The translations under genes and the position numbers were made by a program. From sequence record NC_047767.1: 64,000 nucleotides of DNA. One strand, given 5' to 3'. Numbering within the stretch: the stretch's first letter is position 1; each line of letters starts with the position of its first letter. Under the pieces are notes generated by a model, which was given only the letters and a program-made list of their open reading frames with translations, made no database searches and was not told the DNA's origin. Positions 40,971-50,303 of the stretch are shown here, piece after piece. The DNA is from Staphylococcus phage vB_SscM-1.

Positions 40971-42220
40971 TGGATAATAAATTCACAACCGTAGAAGAAT
41001 TATATGCTGTAGTCATTGGAGTACAGTTAAAAGATGAGGGAAAGGTCGTATCAGCTAAGTTCAACAAGATAATTGGTGAGCTAGGGTTAGATAGAGTTTC
41101 TGTCAATGATATTAAGGATATCGTAGAAGAGATTAGAAATGATGAGTATCTTACAGAATTAAAGAATAGTGCTATTGAAGGAAAAATAACACTAGGAGAT
41201 TTAAGAAGCGTAGAGGATAAGAAAGTATTTAATGGTAATGACTACCACAAAGTAGTATCTACTTATGTAGCAGAGAATGAGAAAGTATTATCAGACCTTA
41301 GAGAAATCAGAAGGCATAATAAAGAAGGTGCCTATCTTCAAATGCTAATGGAAGGTTTAAAGGATTCCTTAGTAGATGAACTAGATGGTAAGAGTTACAT
41401 TGATAAAGAGATTGTAGATTCTAGAGGAGAAAAGGAACTAGTAGTATTACTGAGTGATTTTCATATTGGTTACGTCAATAGAGACCTAACTCATGGTGGT
41501 TACTTCTTTAGTGTACTTAAGAAAAGACTAAATCAGTTTATGCAAGAAACAATCCTCACAATCCAAGAACGCAATATTAATAATGTTACAGTATACTTTG
41601 TAGGTGACTTAGTAGAACATATTAGTATGAGAGAGGTAAACCAAGCATTTGATACAGAGTTTACTTTAGCAGAACAAATTTCTAAAGGAACTAAGGTACT
41701 AGTAGATGTTTTAGGAACGCTTTCAGAACATACAAACGGTGAATTAAGATTCGGTATGATTGGTGGAAACCATGACCGATTACAAGGTAATAAGAATCAT
41801 AAAGTATATAATGATAATGTTTCTTATATTGTGCTAGATACATTATTCTTACTACAAGAAACAGGAGCACTACAAGGCATTACCCTTATTGATAATAGGG
41901 AAGATGTTTATACAATAAGAGATAATGTAGCAGGTAAGGAGATTATTGTTAACCATGGAGACTTCTTAAAAGGTAAAGGTAATCATATTAATAAGTTTAT
42001 TATTGATAAGTCAATAGACTTACTTATTTCAGGACATGTACACCACTTCTCTGCAAGGCAAGAAGACTTTGCTAGAATGCATATTGTAGCTTCTTCTCCT
42101 ATGGGATATAACAACTACGCTAAAGAACTTAATTTATCTAAAACAAAGCCTTCTCAACAATTAGTTATACTAGATAATAACGTAGAAGACATTGAGATTA
42201 AAACAGTATTTTTAGATTAG
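40970..42220 (+). CDS. Calcineurin-like metallophosphoesterase (second Mre11/SbcD-like phosphoesterase) with a 150-aa N-terminal extension.
   Basis: Motifs LLSDFHIGY, VGDLVEH, GGNHD and ISGHVHH. Confidence 0.7.
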   Translation: MDNKFTTVEELYAVVIGVQLKDEGKVVSAKFNKIIGELGLDRVSVNDIKDIVEEIRNDEYLTELKNSAIEGKITLGDLRSVEDKKVFNGNDYHKVVSTYVAENEKVLSDLREIRRHNKEGAYLQMLMEGLKDSLVDELDGKSYIDKEIVDSRGEKELVVLLSDFHIGYVNRDLTHGGYFFSVLKKRLNQFMQETILTIQERNINNVTVYFVGDLVEHISMREVNQAFDTEFTLAEQISKGTKVLVDVLGTLSEHTNGELRFGMIGGNHDRLQGNKNHKVYNDNVSYIVLDTLFLLQETGALQGITLIDNREDVYTIRDNVAGKEIIVNHGDFLKGKGNHINKFIIDKSIDLLISGHVHHFSARQEDFARMHIVASSPMGYNNYAKELNLSKTKPSQQLVILDNNVEDIEIKTVFLD

Positions 42221-42230
42221 GAGAGATAAT

Positions 42231-42590
42231 GTGAGTTATATTTTAAATATTATTATAGTGGTTATTATTATAACAACAATTAATTCAGTAAGTACAGTTC
42301 TACAGATTCGTTCTGTAGAAAGAGAAAGAGTGAAAGAAGGTTATGCACCTTTTAGTAACTTTGATTACTACTACCCTATAGGTTCATGGGTACTAGGAAC
42401 CATAGTATTAATTATCCTAGCTTTATTTGTTAGATATATACCTGAGCCTACTAACCTATGGTGGGTATTACTAGCTTGTTTAGTTGTAGTTATTATACAC
42501 TTCGTAGCAGGGTTGATTTCCTCAGGTATACTATCTGTATTACAAGCTAATAAAGTAAAAAAGGATAATCAACAGCAACTTAACCAATAG
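42231..42590 (+). CDS. Membrane protein, 119 aa.
   Basis: GTG start after GGAGAG. Three hydrophobic segments. Confidence 0.4.
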   Translation: MSYILNIIIVVIIITTINSVSTVLQIRSVERERVKEGYAPFSNFDYYYPIGSWVLGTIVLIILALFVRYIPEPTNLWWVLLACLVVVIIHFVAGLISSGILSVLQANKVKKDNQQQLNQ

Positions 42591-42616
42591 AAGCAAGTTA
42601 TACTTGCTTCTTTTTT
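42590..42616 (+). terminator. Rho-independent terminator.
   Basis: GAAGCAAGT-TA-ACTTGCTTC hairpin (9 bp stem, 2-nt loop) plus TTTTTT. Confidence 0.7.
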
Positions 42617-42632
42617 ATACTTATGTTATAAT
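42604..42632 (+). promoter_or_regulatory. Promoter (TTGCTT -35 inside the terminator stem, 17 bp, TATAAT as TATGTTATAAT).
   Basis: -10 at 42627-42632. Confidence 0.45.
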
Positions 42633-42651
42633 AATAGTGAGGTGAAAATTT

Positions 42652-43182
42652 ATGAATTTTGATTTTAGTGCATTTGATGACAGTTCGGTAAAAATGAGAG
42701 TTAGTGAAGGTGTTTATTACTTTGAGGACAATCCTATATACATTGTAGAGCATGTAGAAGAAGACTTGCATGAGTATGTAATGGTATATGATGTTCAAGA
42801 AGGTACAAAAGAACCAATGAAGAAGTTTACAACTGAGCCTGTTAATACACGTACAATACCAGGAGGTACTAAACTAAGTGATATTATAAAGAGTAGAATA
42901 CCCCCTAGAATACAGTATAAAAAGGTAATACATGAGCCTATATTTGTTTCTAATATTATTCATATGGGTACAGATACTGTAACAGGTAAAGTAGGTAAAG
43001 GTTTCTTTGAAAGAGCTAAAGATAAAGAAATACTTTCAGAGAGTGGGCGTAAAGTAATTCCTGGAGCGTATACAGGTATCTTTATAGGTCTCAGCAATAT
43101 TGAGTGGAGAAAGTCTTATACACCTTTAGAAAGTGTTATAGAGAACTACAGAAGACAGAGAGAAGACCGTATAAATGTCTGA
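42652..43182 (+). CDS. Hypothetical protein, 176 aa.
   Basis: GAGGTGAAAA RBS. Confidence 0.45.
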   Translation: MNFDFSAFDDSSVKMRVSEGVYYFEDNPIYIVEHVEEDLHEYVMVYDVQEGTKEPMKKFTTEPVNTRTIPGGTKLSDIIKSRIPPRIQYKKVIHEPIFVSNIIHMGTDTVTGKVGKGFFERAKDKEILSESGRKVIPGAYTGIFIGLSNIEWRKSYTPLESVIENYRRQREDRINV

Positions 43183-43927
43183 TAACGTACAATTCTATGA
43201 GCAGGATATAAAGAATCTAATTAGAACTAAAAAACATATGTTTAAAGATGATAATATTACGAGTGATATTAAAGATATAAAGATATTCAATGAAAAAGTA
43301 ATATGTCAAGGTAAATGTAGAACAGATTGTTTAGTTCTTGATAGAAATGGTACTGTAATGGGCATTGAGATAAAGACTGAAAGAGACTCCACTCAAAGAC
43401 TCAATAAACAATTGCAGTACTACAGCTTAGTATGTGAGTATGTTTATGTTATGTGTCATGATAAGCATGTACCTAAAGTAGAACAAATCATTAAAAGATA
43501 TGGTCATAAGCATGTAGGTATCATGAGCTACATAAACTTTAAGGGTAAACCTATGGTAGGTAAGTACAAACAAGCTACACCATCCCCTCATAGAAGTCCT
43601 TATCATACACTTAACATACTTTGGAAAGCTAACCTTCTTGTTATGCTTAAACAAATAAGAGACCCTCATACGTATAGAACAGGGTACAGTTATAATGCTG
43701 ATGGTAGATATAGTGGTGGTGAAGGTAACTTCTCTCAAACAACTCAGAGTAAAAGAATGAAAAAGTATTCCATCATTAATCAGATAATAAAGTACTTAGG
43801 GGTAGAAAATACTTATAAGTTATTTACAAGAGTTGTTATTTATGGTTATAATAATAGATGGGAAGTTATAGAAGAGGATTTCTTTAATACTGTAAAAAAT
43901 GGGGTAAAGAATATCAATGAAAAATAG
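43175..43927 (+). CDS. Putative PD-(D/E)xK-type nuclease, 250 aa.
   Basis: D...EIK spacing (CLVLDRNGTVMGIEIKTERD) as in VRR-NUC / restriction-endonuclease-like folds. Confidence 0.35.
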   Translation: MSDNVQFYEQDIKNLIRTKKHMFKDDNITSDIKDIKIFNEKVICQGKCRTDCLVLDRNGTVMGIEIKTERDSTQRLNKQLQYYSLVCEYVYVMCHDKHVPKVEQIIKRYGHKHVGIMSYINFKGKPMVGKYKQATPSPHRSPYHTLNILWKANLLVMLKQIRDPHTYRTGYSYNADGRYSGGEGNFSQTTQSKRMKKYSIINQIIKYLGVENTYKLFTRVVIYGYNNRWEVIEEDFFNTVKNGVKNINEK

Positions 43928-44360
43928 AAATGGTAGAAATAATATTCAACACCAACCTGTAAACTTTGCACCTACTAATTTATTAGGTGGTACAGGTAAT
44001 AACTCTTTCTATAAGAAGAAACCAGGAGAGCATAAAGATGGAGCTAAGACAATTGTATATAAGCTTCTGTTCACTAAGAGGTTTGACTACGTATCACAAA
44101 AGGATATACAGATGCAAAAGAAATATGCTCTAAACCTTATTAGTGACTCTCTAGGTATAAAAGAAGAGTTCTTAACACTTAAGCAAAAAGGTAAGAAAGT
44201 AGAAGAAATACTGCACACAGATAGAGTATTCTATGTACACAGAGGTAAGAAATTAATTGGTAAGTGTAGTATAAGGGAGCAAAGAACCTTTAAAGGTACA
44301 CACTTAATATATGTATTTAAAACAAGACATAGAACGTCTGGTAAAAAGAAAGGACAATGA
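43917..44360 (+). CDS. Highly basic hypothetical protein, 147 aa.
   Basis: K/R-rich. Overlaps the upstream gene. Confidence 0.4.
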   Translation: MKNRNGRNNIQHQPVNFAPTNLLGGTGNNSFYKKKPGEHKDGAKTIVYKLLFTKRFDYVSQKDIQMQKKYALNLISDSLGIKEEFLTLKQKGKKVEEILHTDRVFYVHRGKKLIGKCSIREQRTFKGTHLIYVFKTRHRTSGKKKGQ

Positions 44361-44363
44361 TAG

Positions 44364-45203
44364 ATGTATTCAACAAATAAGGAAAAAGAAATAAAAGTAA
44401 ATACTTTACTTAGAAGACTTACAGATAAGAGTACTCAACTAGTAGGGATATCTTACTCTAGTGATAAATTCCCTAATGGTATTTTATGTGAGCCTTATAT
44501 AGATTCTATCCAATCAGAGGATGGTAGCTTAGAATTCTCTTCTAAAATATTCATGACAGAGAATGACAAGCTAAATATGAAATACTTTGATGGTAGCTTA
44601 GAACATTCAGGGTTAGGATTTGTAAGAATAGAGCAAGCTCTAGAGGAAGTAAAGCAGAACACAGGATTAATAACTGGTCTTATGTTAAAGGATACTACGC
44701 TTTCTACTACTAAAAAGATTGACTTAGTGAGTACGTTCATAAATCCTACAGTTACTTATCAAACAATAAAGTTATTGGATTATACATTCACTATATACAA
44801 GATTAAAGAAACAATGAATGAGTTTACTCACATAGTAAACTTAATGGTAACTGAAAAACTTTATGATGGTCAAACTTTATTAGGTATGCTAGAGGGTGAG
44901 AAGTTTAGTAAGCCTCAAACGTTACAGCTATTCAGATTATTAGCAGGAGATAAGCTAATTAATAAAGAAATAGCAGGAGCTTATATAGAAACATCTGATG
45001 CTAGATTTAGCTTATATAACACTCATGAAACAGGTGTTTTCGTAGTCACTTCAGGAGACAAGATTTCTATTGCTTGTGGTCAATCATTTATTAATTTTGA
45101 TATAGCTTCTATGGTTAGTTCTAATCTTAAAAGAGTATCTACAGATAAGTATACACTAGAAGTAAAACTAAAAAATAATAGAAAGTTAAATATTTTCATT
45201 TAA
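44364..45203 (+). CDS. Hypothetical protein, 279 aa.
   Basis: Coupled to the upstream gene. Confidence 0.4.
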   Translation: MYSTNKEKEIKVNTLLRRLTDKSTQLVGISYSSDKFPNGILCEPYIDSIQSEDGSLEFSSKIFMTENDKLNMKYFDGSLEHSGLGFVRIEQALEEVKQNTGLITGLMLKDTTLSTTKKIDLVSTFINPTVTYQTIKLLDYTFTIYKIKETMNEFTHIVNLMVTEKLYDGQTLLGMLEGEKFSKPQTLQLFRLLAGDKLINKEIAGAYIETSDARFSLYNTHETGVFVVTSGDKISIACGQSFINFDIASMVSSNLKRVSTDKYTLEVKLKNNRKLNIFI

Positions 45204-45207
45204 AGTG

Positions 45208-45236
45208 TTGACAATCTCTTCCTCCTATGTTATAAT
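45208..45236 (+). promoter_or_regulatory. Sigma-A promoter TTGACA, 17 bp, TATAAT (TATGTTATAAT).
   Basis: -35 at 45208-45213 and -10 at 45231-45236. Confidence 0.6.
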
Positions 45237-45272
45237 ATAATTATAAAATAACAATAGAGAGGAAGATTTATT

Positions 45273-45791
45273 ATGTTAGGATTTATTATTATGATTATGA
45301 TTTGGGTAGGAGTAGTTGCAGTGTTTGCATTTTTGATTAACACAAATATGAAGATGAGCAACTACACATTTTTTGGAGCAGATGTATTAGCTATTGGAGC
45401 TTTATCAGCAGGTAGAATGGCAGTTAACGCAGGGTTCTTAGCAAGTTTTGTATCAATGATACCATTTATTGGGGGGTTACTTTCAGTACCTTTATACTTA
45501 TTTATGGTAGTATGTTTGATTCACGCATTCCCTTTACTATTTGGATGGGTAGTAGCAATCGTCATGGGTATTATTGGAGATGAATTACTATTTGCTTTAC
45601 CAGTGCCAATGTTAAAGTTCTATAACTACTTTACACATATTAGTTTAGATGAGTTAATTGCTTATAAAGAGGGTAGAGTAGAAGAGTGCTGGGATATTTT
45701 CTTCCTAAAAGAAGACTTAGAACATAACCCAGAATTCATTAAGCATCAGATGGATTGGTACAAAGACGAACTATCTAAGCAAGAAAAGTAA
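45273..45791 (+). CDS. Polytopic membrane protein, 172 aa.
   Basis: GAGAGGAAG RBS. Four or five hydrophobic helices. Confidence 0.45.
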   Translation: MLGFIIMIMIWVGVVAVFAFLINTNMKMSNYTFFGADVLAIGALSAGRMAVNAGFLASFVSMIPFIGGLLSVPLYLFMVVCLIHAFPLLFGWVVAIVMGIIGDELLFALPVPMLKFYNYFTHISLDELIAYKEGRVEECWDIFFLKEDLEHNPEFIKHQMDWYKDELSKQEK

Positions 45792-46144
45792 TAATTATAC
45801 GTGTTTTCCATAAACAAAATAAACTGTAAATACAGTAATTTTTTCTACATGATAATTAGCACATAAAAAGGTATTTTTGAAACAATAAAAATATTTTTAA
45901 TAATTTCATATGGTACAAGGGTAAAAGAACTCTATATTATATTACTATTAAGTGTATTTTTTGAGTGTACCACAGTACTAAAATGAAAAGAGTACAGAAA
46001 TTATGATATATTATATAGTGTAAGGGTGAAAACAGCACTATGACAACATTTGTTTGTGTATTGAACACTATTTCATTAAATGAGGTATTCAGTATATCTG
46101 TTTACTAAAATAATACACATAAAAGGTTAGGAAGGTATATTATA
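45792..46144. other. A 353-nt AT-rich gene-free region at the boundary between the large-gene modules and the small-gene array.
   Basis: No ORF on either strand. Repeated GTrYAAGGGTrAAA motif at about 45916 and about 46020. Confidence 0.5.
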
Positions 46145-46873
46145 ATGGCTAGAAAAAAGAATTTAAAGAATAAAAACAAAGGTAACTTATCTGTAGTTCC
46201 TACTAAGGAAACTAAACTACAGCAACTGTACAATAATAAGTTATTACGCTCTAAGGTAGATAACGCTTTAGATGAGGACATTAAGTATGATGATATATTA
46301 GAGTTATGTAAGGAATATGATTTAGAATTATCACATTCAGCACTAACTAGGTATAAACAGAAAAGAAAAGAAGCTATTGAAAATGGGTGGGATTTAGGAG
46401 AATACTTAGATAATAGAAAGAAATCTAATGTAGATTCTATTAAAAATAAAGAAGTAGATATCCTAGATAGTGAAGAATTAACACCATTCCAAGAATCTGT
46501 TAAACATACGCAGACAATCTATGATGATATTCAAGTATTAGAATCTATTATTCAAAAAGGTATGGCAGGTTTAAACTATGTAGAAACACTAGACCCTGCA
46601 TTAATGCTTAGAGCAATAGAAACAAAGTCTAAAATTACAGATAACCAATTAAAAGGTATGAGCCTAATAGGTATACGGGAGCTACAACTTAAACAAACAG
46701 CTAAGGAAACAGCTATGAGTGAAGTACTACTAGAATTCGTACCTGAAAATAAACATGAAGAAGTGTTACAGCGTATGGAAGACCTAGAAAAAGAATTCTA
46801 TAAAAACCTAGATTTAGATGAAGAAGACAAAAAATTTAAGGAAGCACTCGATAGAGTAGGCTATACTTTTTAA
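46145..46873 (+). CDS. Hypothetical protein, 242 aa, with a basic N-terminus and an HTH-like segment.
   Basis: RBS AGGAAGG. DDILELCKEYDLELSHSALTRYKQ resembles a DNA-binding HTH. Confidence 0.4.
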   Translation: MARKKNLKNKNKGNLSVVPTKETKLQQLYNNKLLRSKVDNALDEDIKYDDILELCKEYDLELSHSALTRYKQKRKEAIENGWDLGEYLDNRKKSNVDSIKNKEVDILDSEELTPFQESVKHTQTIYDDIQVLESIIQKGMAGLNYVETLDPALMLRAIETKSKITDNQLKGMSLIGIRELQLKQTAKETAMSEVLLEFVPENKHEEVLQRMEDLEKEFYKNLDLDEEDKKFKEALDRVGYTF

Positions 46874-46888
46874 TGTGAGGGGAATCTA

Positions 46889-47362
46889 ATGGAAGACATG
46901 AAACTATTATCATTAAAACCGGTGGAAGAAGCAACACCTATTGATGATATACAACAAATTATTAAACACTTATTTGAGGGTAAAGTACTGAGAGTAGACC
47001 AAGATGATGACGGAGTAGTACTAGTACGTATAGGAGTTAAGCACCCTCTTACAGAGATATCAAGAGAAGTAGACAAAGAAACTTTCTATTATAAGAGGTA
47101 TTGGTTACCCTACAATGTATCTATTAATGCACTTGTAACTTATAATGTATACTTAGATGAAGCGTATATAGAACACAATAATAAGTTTAAAGTAGGAGAT
47201 ATTGTAGAATATGATAGAGGAGATAAAGTACCTGAGAACAACTACAGAGATGTTGCTAAGGTACAGAGTGTCCTACAAGATGAAAACGGGAAAGGTTATT
47301 ACTATAAATTATCAGGAGATATGACAGTTTATAGAGAAGAAGAGTTGACAAAGGCAAAATAG
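46889..47362 (+). CDS. Hypothetical protein, 157 aa.
   Basis: GAGGGGAA RBS. Confidence 0.4.
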   Translation: MEDMKLLSLKPVEEATPIDDIQQIIKHLFEGKVLRVDQDDDGVVLVRIGVKHPLTEISREVDKETFYYKRYWLPYNVSINALVTYNVYLDEAYIEHNNKFKVGDIVEYDRGDKVPENNYRDVAKVQSVLQDENGKGYYYKLSGDMTVYREEELTKAK

Positions 47363-47373
47363 TATGTTATAAT
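47345..47373 (+). promoter_or_regulatory. Sigma-A promoter TTGACA, 17 bp, TATAAT, embedded in the 3' end of the upstream CDS.
   Basis: -35 at 47345-47350 and -10 at 47368-47373. Confidence 0.55.
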
Positions 47374-47405
47374 ACAGTTATATTAAAGTAAAGGAGCAAG
47401 ATAAT

Positions 47406-47858
47406 ATGATTATTTATCCAACAAAAGAGGAAGAAAGATTAATTAACAATACCAAAGCAAAGAAAGATTTTACACCTTTGAAGCAAGGTAGTAAGTTCAA
47501 GCATGAGAGAGAAAAGAATATTGTAGAGATGTATAACGACCATGTACCTGTTAAGGACATACAGTCAAAACTAGGTGTAAGTGCAGGACTAATTTATACA
47601 GTACTAAACAATCATAAAGTTTCTAAGAAGAACAATAGCTCTAAGTTACTTAAGAAGATTGGTCATATTTTAGATAATCCTGAAACTGTAAAAAACATCA
47701 TTGTAGACTATCAGTTTATGAGCTTGAAAGACATTTATAGAAAGTATAATATTCATAAGAATGGTCTATACTATATATTGGATTTATATGAAGTAGACAG
47801 AAAGTCTTCTGAGAAGGAAGAGATTCTTTCAAAAGTAGATGAAATTATCGTAGAATAG
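47406..47858 (+). CDS. Putative HTH DNA-binding protein, 150 aa.
   Basis: HTH-like VKDIQSKLGVSAGLIYTVLN. Confidence 0.4.
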   Translation: MIIYPTKEEERLINNTKAKKDFTPLKQGSKFKHEREKNIVEMYNDHVPVKDIQSKLGVSAGLIYTVLNNHKVSKKNNSSKLLKKIGHILDNPETVKNIIVDYQFMSLKDIYRKYNIHKNGLYYILDLYEVDRKSSEKEEILSKVDEIIVE

Positions 47859-47869
47859 GATGATTATAT

Positions 47870-48568
47870 ATGAAGGAAAAGAAATCACTTAGAGATAGCA
47901 TCAATAACTTAAAGCAAGATAATTTCCCTTATGACGACATCAGTGACCTTACAGAAGAACCTAAAGAGGAAAAGAACTATACATTAGAAGAACTTAAGAG
48001 TAGCTTATTAGATAACCCAGGGTTAGAGGAAGTAGTAGGAGCATTTGAAAAAACTTCTAAGAATACACCTAAGGGTACTTTAATTCATACTAATGTAGAC
48101 CTAGAGTCTTCTGATTTAATTGGTATACCTCCAGGTCAGTACATTGGTATTGGTAATGGCTCTGCACTATATCATGCTCAGATGAAAGGTTTAATGGAGG
48201 GTGCTCCTAGAAGTACGGTAGAGAAATCTCAAGTATATGTACCTTTACTTCGTATAGAAAACTTCGTTGACAAGTTTAGTCAAGCAGACCTTGTAATAGC
48301 TATTAAGAATAGACAGCAGATTACAGACCTTACAGGGGATGAAATGGAGTGGCTACTAACAGGTGTTAATAAGATTACTCAATTAAGTATTATTAGCAAG
48401 ACAGATATTATAGCTAAAATTGAAGATACTTTAGAGAACTATGATAAGCTTGTAGAACCTAAAAAAATAATTCAACACTTCATTAAACTTAAGGATATGT
48501 TACCTAACCCAACTAGTAAAATGCTCTACTGTGACATTCTTAATGAATGCGTATTAGTTATAGATTAA
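47870..48568 (+). CDS. Hypothetical protein, 232 aa.
   Basis: RBS GGATGA. Confidence 0.4.
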   Translation: MKEKKSLRDSINNLKQDNFPYDDISDLTEEPKEEKNYTLEELKSSLLDNPGLEEVVGAFEKTSKNTPKGTLIHTNVDLESSDLIGIPPGQYIGIGNGSALYHAQMKGLMEGAPRSTVEKSQVYVPLLRIENFVDKFSQADLVIAIKNRQQITDLTGDEMEWLLTGVNKITQLSIISKTDIIAKIEDTLENYDKLVEPKKIIQHFIKLKDMLPNPTSKMLYCDILNECVLVID

Positions 48569-48625
48569 CAATTTAACTTCTCTTATATTATAAGGGAAGT
48601 TATTTTTATAAGGAATGGTGAGATT

Positions 48626-49030
48626 ATGAGGAAAAACCTAATTATTACAATACTTTCATGCATTGTGTTGTTCCTTTCTATATTTTTGTACATGTATATA
48701 ACAACTAATTATGAAGCACCAACTAGAAACATACAGATTAATACAAATGAAAAAGGGAAAATTACTAATGAGAATGTAGAGTTTGTTAAATCTGTTACAC
48801 TAAAAAGGGTAAGGGATGATAAAGCCTGTTTTGTAGAACCTTTACCAAACTACCTGCCAGGTAGAACAAGTACATCCTGTGTTGATACAAGATATTATAA
48901 ATCTAGCCAGTTTGGAGAGGGTGTAAAGTTTAAAATACTGAGAGTCTACACAAAAGACTCTAACGGAGACATAGTTCATACGTATATGTTTAGTAGAGAG
49001 TTAGATGAGGAAAAACCAGTAGAAGAGTAA
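48626..49030 (+). CDS. Membrane-anchored/secreted protein, 134 aa.
   Basis: N-terminal hydrophobic helix, cysteine-containing ectodomain. Confidence 0.4.
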   Translation: MRKNLIITILSCIVLFLSIFLYMYITTNYEAPTRNIQINTNEKGKITNENVEFVKSVTLKRVRDDKACFVEPLPNYLPGRTSTSCVDTRYYKSSQFGEGVKFKILRVYTKDSNGDIVHTYMFSRELDEEKPVEE

Positions 49031-49103
49031 GGTGTGGTGATATTGTATACTTTAATAATTATACTTGGAATAGCAATTATATATTATTTAATTAGAAAAG
49101 ATT

Positions 49104-49132
49104 GAGTCAGAAGGTTGACTCTTTCTTTTTTT
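49104..49132 (+). terminator. Rho-independent terminator.
   Basis: GAGTCA-gaaggt-TGACTC hairpin plus TTTCTTTTTTTT. Confidence 0.7.
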
Positions 49133-49143
49133 TATGTTATAAT
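49115..49143 (+). promoter_or_regulatory. Promoter whose -35 (TTGACT) lies in the 3' stem of the terminator. 17 bp spacer, TATAAT (TATGTTATAAT).
   Basis: -35 at 49115-49120 and -10 at 49138-49143. Confidence 0.5.
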
Positions 49144-49175
49144 ACTTATACAATCAATTAAGGAGGAAATAAACT

Positions 49176-49790
49176 ATGAGTAATAGATTTGATAGAAACT
49201 TAGATAATGACTTTAAGAAAGGACTATTACGGTTACATTTAAATAACTTATATGAGTTAGATGAGCAGTTACGTGCAATGTTAGATAGCACAACGGTAAC
49301 TACACTTAGACCATTACAATTATCAATATTTCATTATTTTATTGAAGAGGTAATGGTAAGGAACTTGAAACCTATACTCGAAGGAAAAGGTATCTTAAGA
49401 GCTAAATGGAAAGTATTTAGGTTACTAGGTACTAAGGAAGCTATAAAGTTTAATGAAACATATAAGAGGTTAGTTATGTCTACTGCCTATTTAGCTGAGG
49501 TAGCTGAGGATGTAGATTACGCGTACCATAAATTCCCTGTAAAAGTTAAAGGAAATGGAACAAGTAGTATTGATGGTTACGCAGTGAGCCTTAACAGAAT
49601 AGACTACTATATGGTATACTTAACAAAAGGAGTTACAATGGTATACCCAGATGGTCAAACTAAGGCATTCAGAGATTTCAAAATTATTAACTTTAAGAAT
49701 AAGGATAAAGAGATAACAGATAAGGAGTTCACCAATGTAGATGGAGCAGTATTCCTTATTACAGAAGTATCATTGGAGGAGGAAGAATAA
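49176..49790 (+). CDS. Hypothetical protein, 204 aa.
   Basis: AAGGAGG RBS. Confidence 0.45.
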   Translation: MSNRFDRNLDNDFKKGLLRLHLNNLYELDEQLRAMLDSTTVTTLRPLQLSIFHYFIEEVMVRNLKPILEGKGILRAKWKVFRLLGTKEAIKFNETYKRLVMSTAYLAEVAEDVDYAYHKFPVKVKGNGTSSIDGYAVSLNRIDYYMVYLTKGVTMVYPDGQTKAFRDFKIINFKNKDKEITDKEFTNVDGAVFLITEVSLEEEE

Positions 49791-49966
49791 TGAGAGATAC
49801 ATTAGCTGTAGCAACTAGATATGAAGTATTAAAAGGTCTCTATGAAGGAGACCATTTAGTATCAAAGGATGATTTCATTGAAGCTCAAGGAGAGTATATT
49901 GAGGCACTAAAAGAAGATATAGAATATCAAAAAGAACTTATAGAGGAGTATAGATACAATGATTAG
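49790..49966 (+). CDS. Small protein of 58 aa (MRDTLAVATRYEVLKGLYEGDHLVSKDDFIEAQGEYIEALKEDIEYQKELIEEYRYND). The ORF track misses it.
   Basis: GGAGGAGGAAG RBS 6 nt upstream. TAATG start overlap and ATGATTAG end overlap with the flanking genes. Confidence 0.45.
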   Translation: MRDTLAVATRYEVLKGLYEGDHLVSKDDFIEAQGEYIEALKEDIEYQKELIEEYRYND

Positions 49967-50303
49967 AATTTATTCAATAGGATTTATTTACCAAGTACTA
50001 AGACAAGCACTTATACTATTCTTTGTTTATGGTTTAGTAAATTTAGTAGGGCTAATAATACCTATCGAACACACATGGGTAGTTACATTTATTATCATTT
50101 TTGCATTAAGATTCATTATAGATTGGATAGATTCTGCTAATGATGTAGCTTACAAAATGATTCATGAGAAAATGAATGACGAAGAAAAAAGTGAAGAATT
50201 TAGAAAGTTATTAGAAAAGTTAGAAGAAGAAAAAAGTGAAGAATTTAGAAAGTTATTAGAAAAGTTAGAAGAAGAAAAAATAAAAAGGGTTGACATTAGT
50301 TAA
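49959..50303 (+). CDS. Membrane protein, 114 aa, with an internal tandem duplication (EEKSEEFRKLLEKLE x2).
   Basis: Two N-terminal hydrophobic helices. Contains the 45-bp perfect repeat. Confidence 0.45.
   Translation: MIRIYSIGFIYQVLRQALILFFVYGLVNLVGLIIPIEHTWVVTFIIIFALRFIIDWIDSANDVAYKMIHEKMNDEEKSEEFRKLLEKLEEEKSEEFRKLLEKLEEEKIKRVDIS
50181..50280 (+). repeat. Perfect 45-bp tandem duplication (two full copies plus a 10-nt partial third) inside a CDS.
   Basis: 50181-50225 is identical to 50226-50270 (GAAGAAAAAAGTGAAGAATTTAGAAAGTTATTAGAAAAGTTAGAA). Confidence 0.95.

Noticed and set aside
49034-49108. Roughly 25-codon hydrophobic mini-ORF (VILYTLIIILGIAIIYYLIRKD) after gene 48626..49030.
   Set aside because: It is plausible as a tiny membrane peptide, but it has only a weak RBS (AAGGTG) and a GTG start and is very short. 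It is kept out of the feature list as unsupported.
50181-50280. Tandem repeats as a possible CRISPR array.
   Set aside because: There are only two perfect copies. They are directly adjacent with no spacers and lie in-frame inside a CDS, so this is a coding duplication and not a CRISPR locus.
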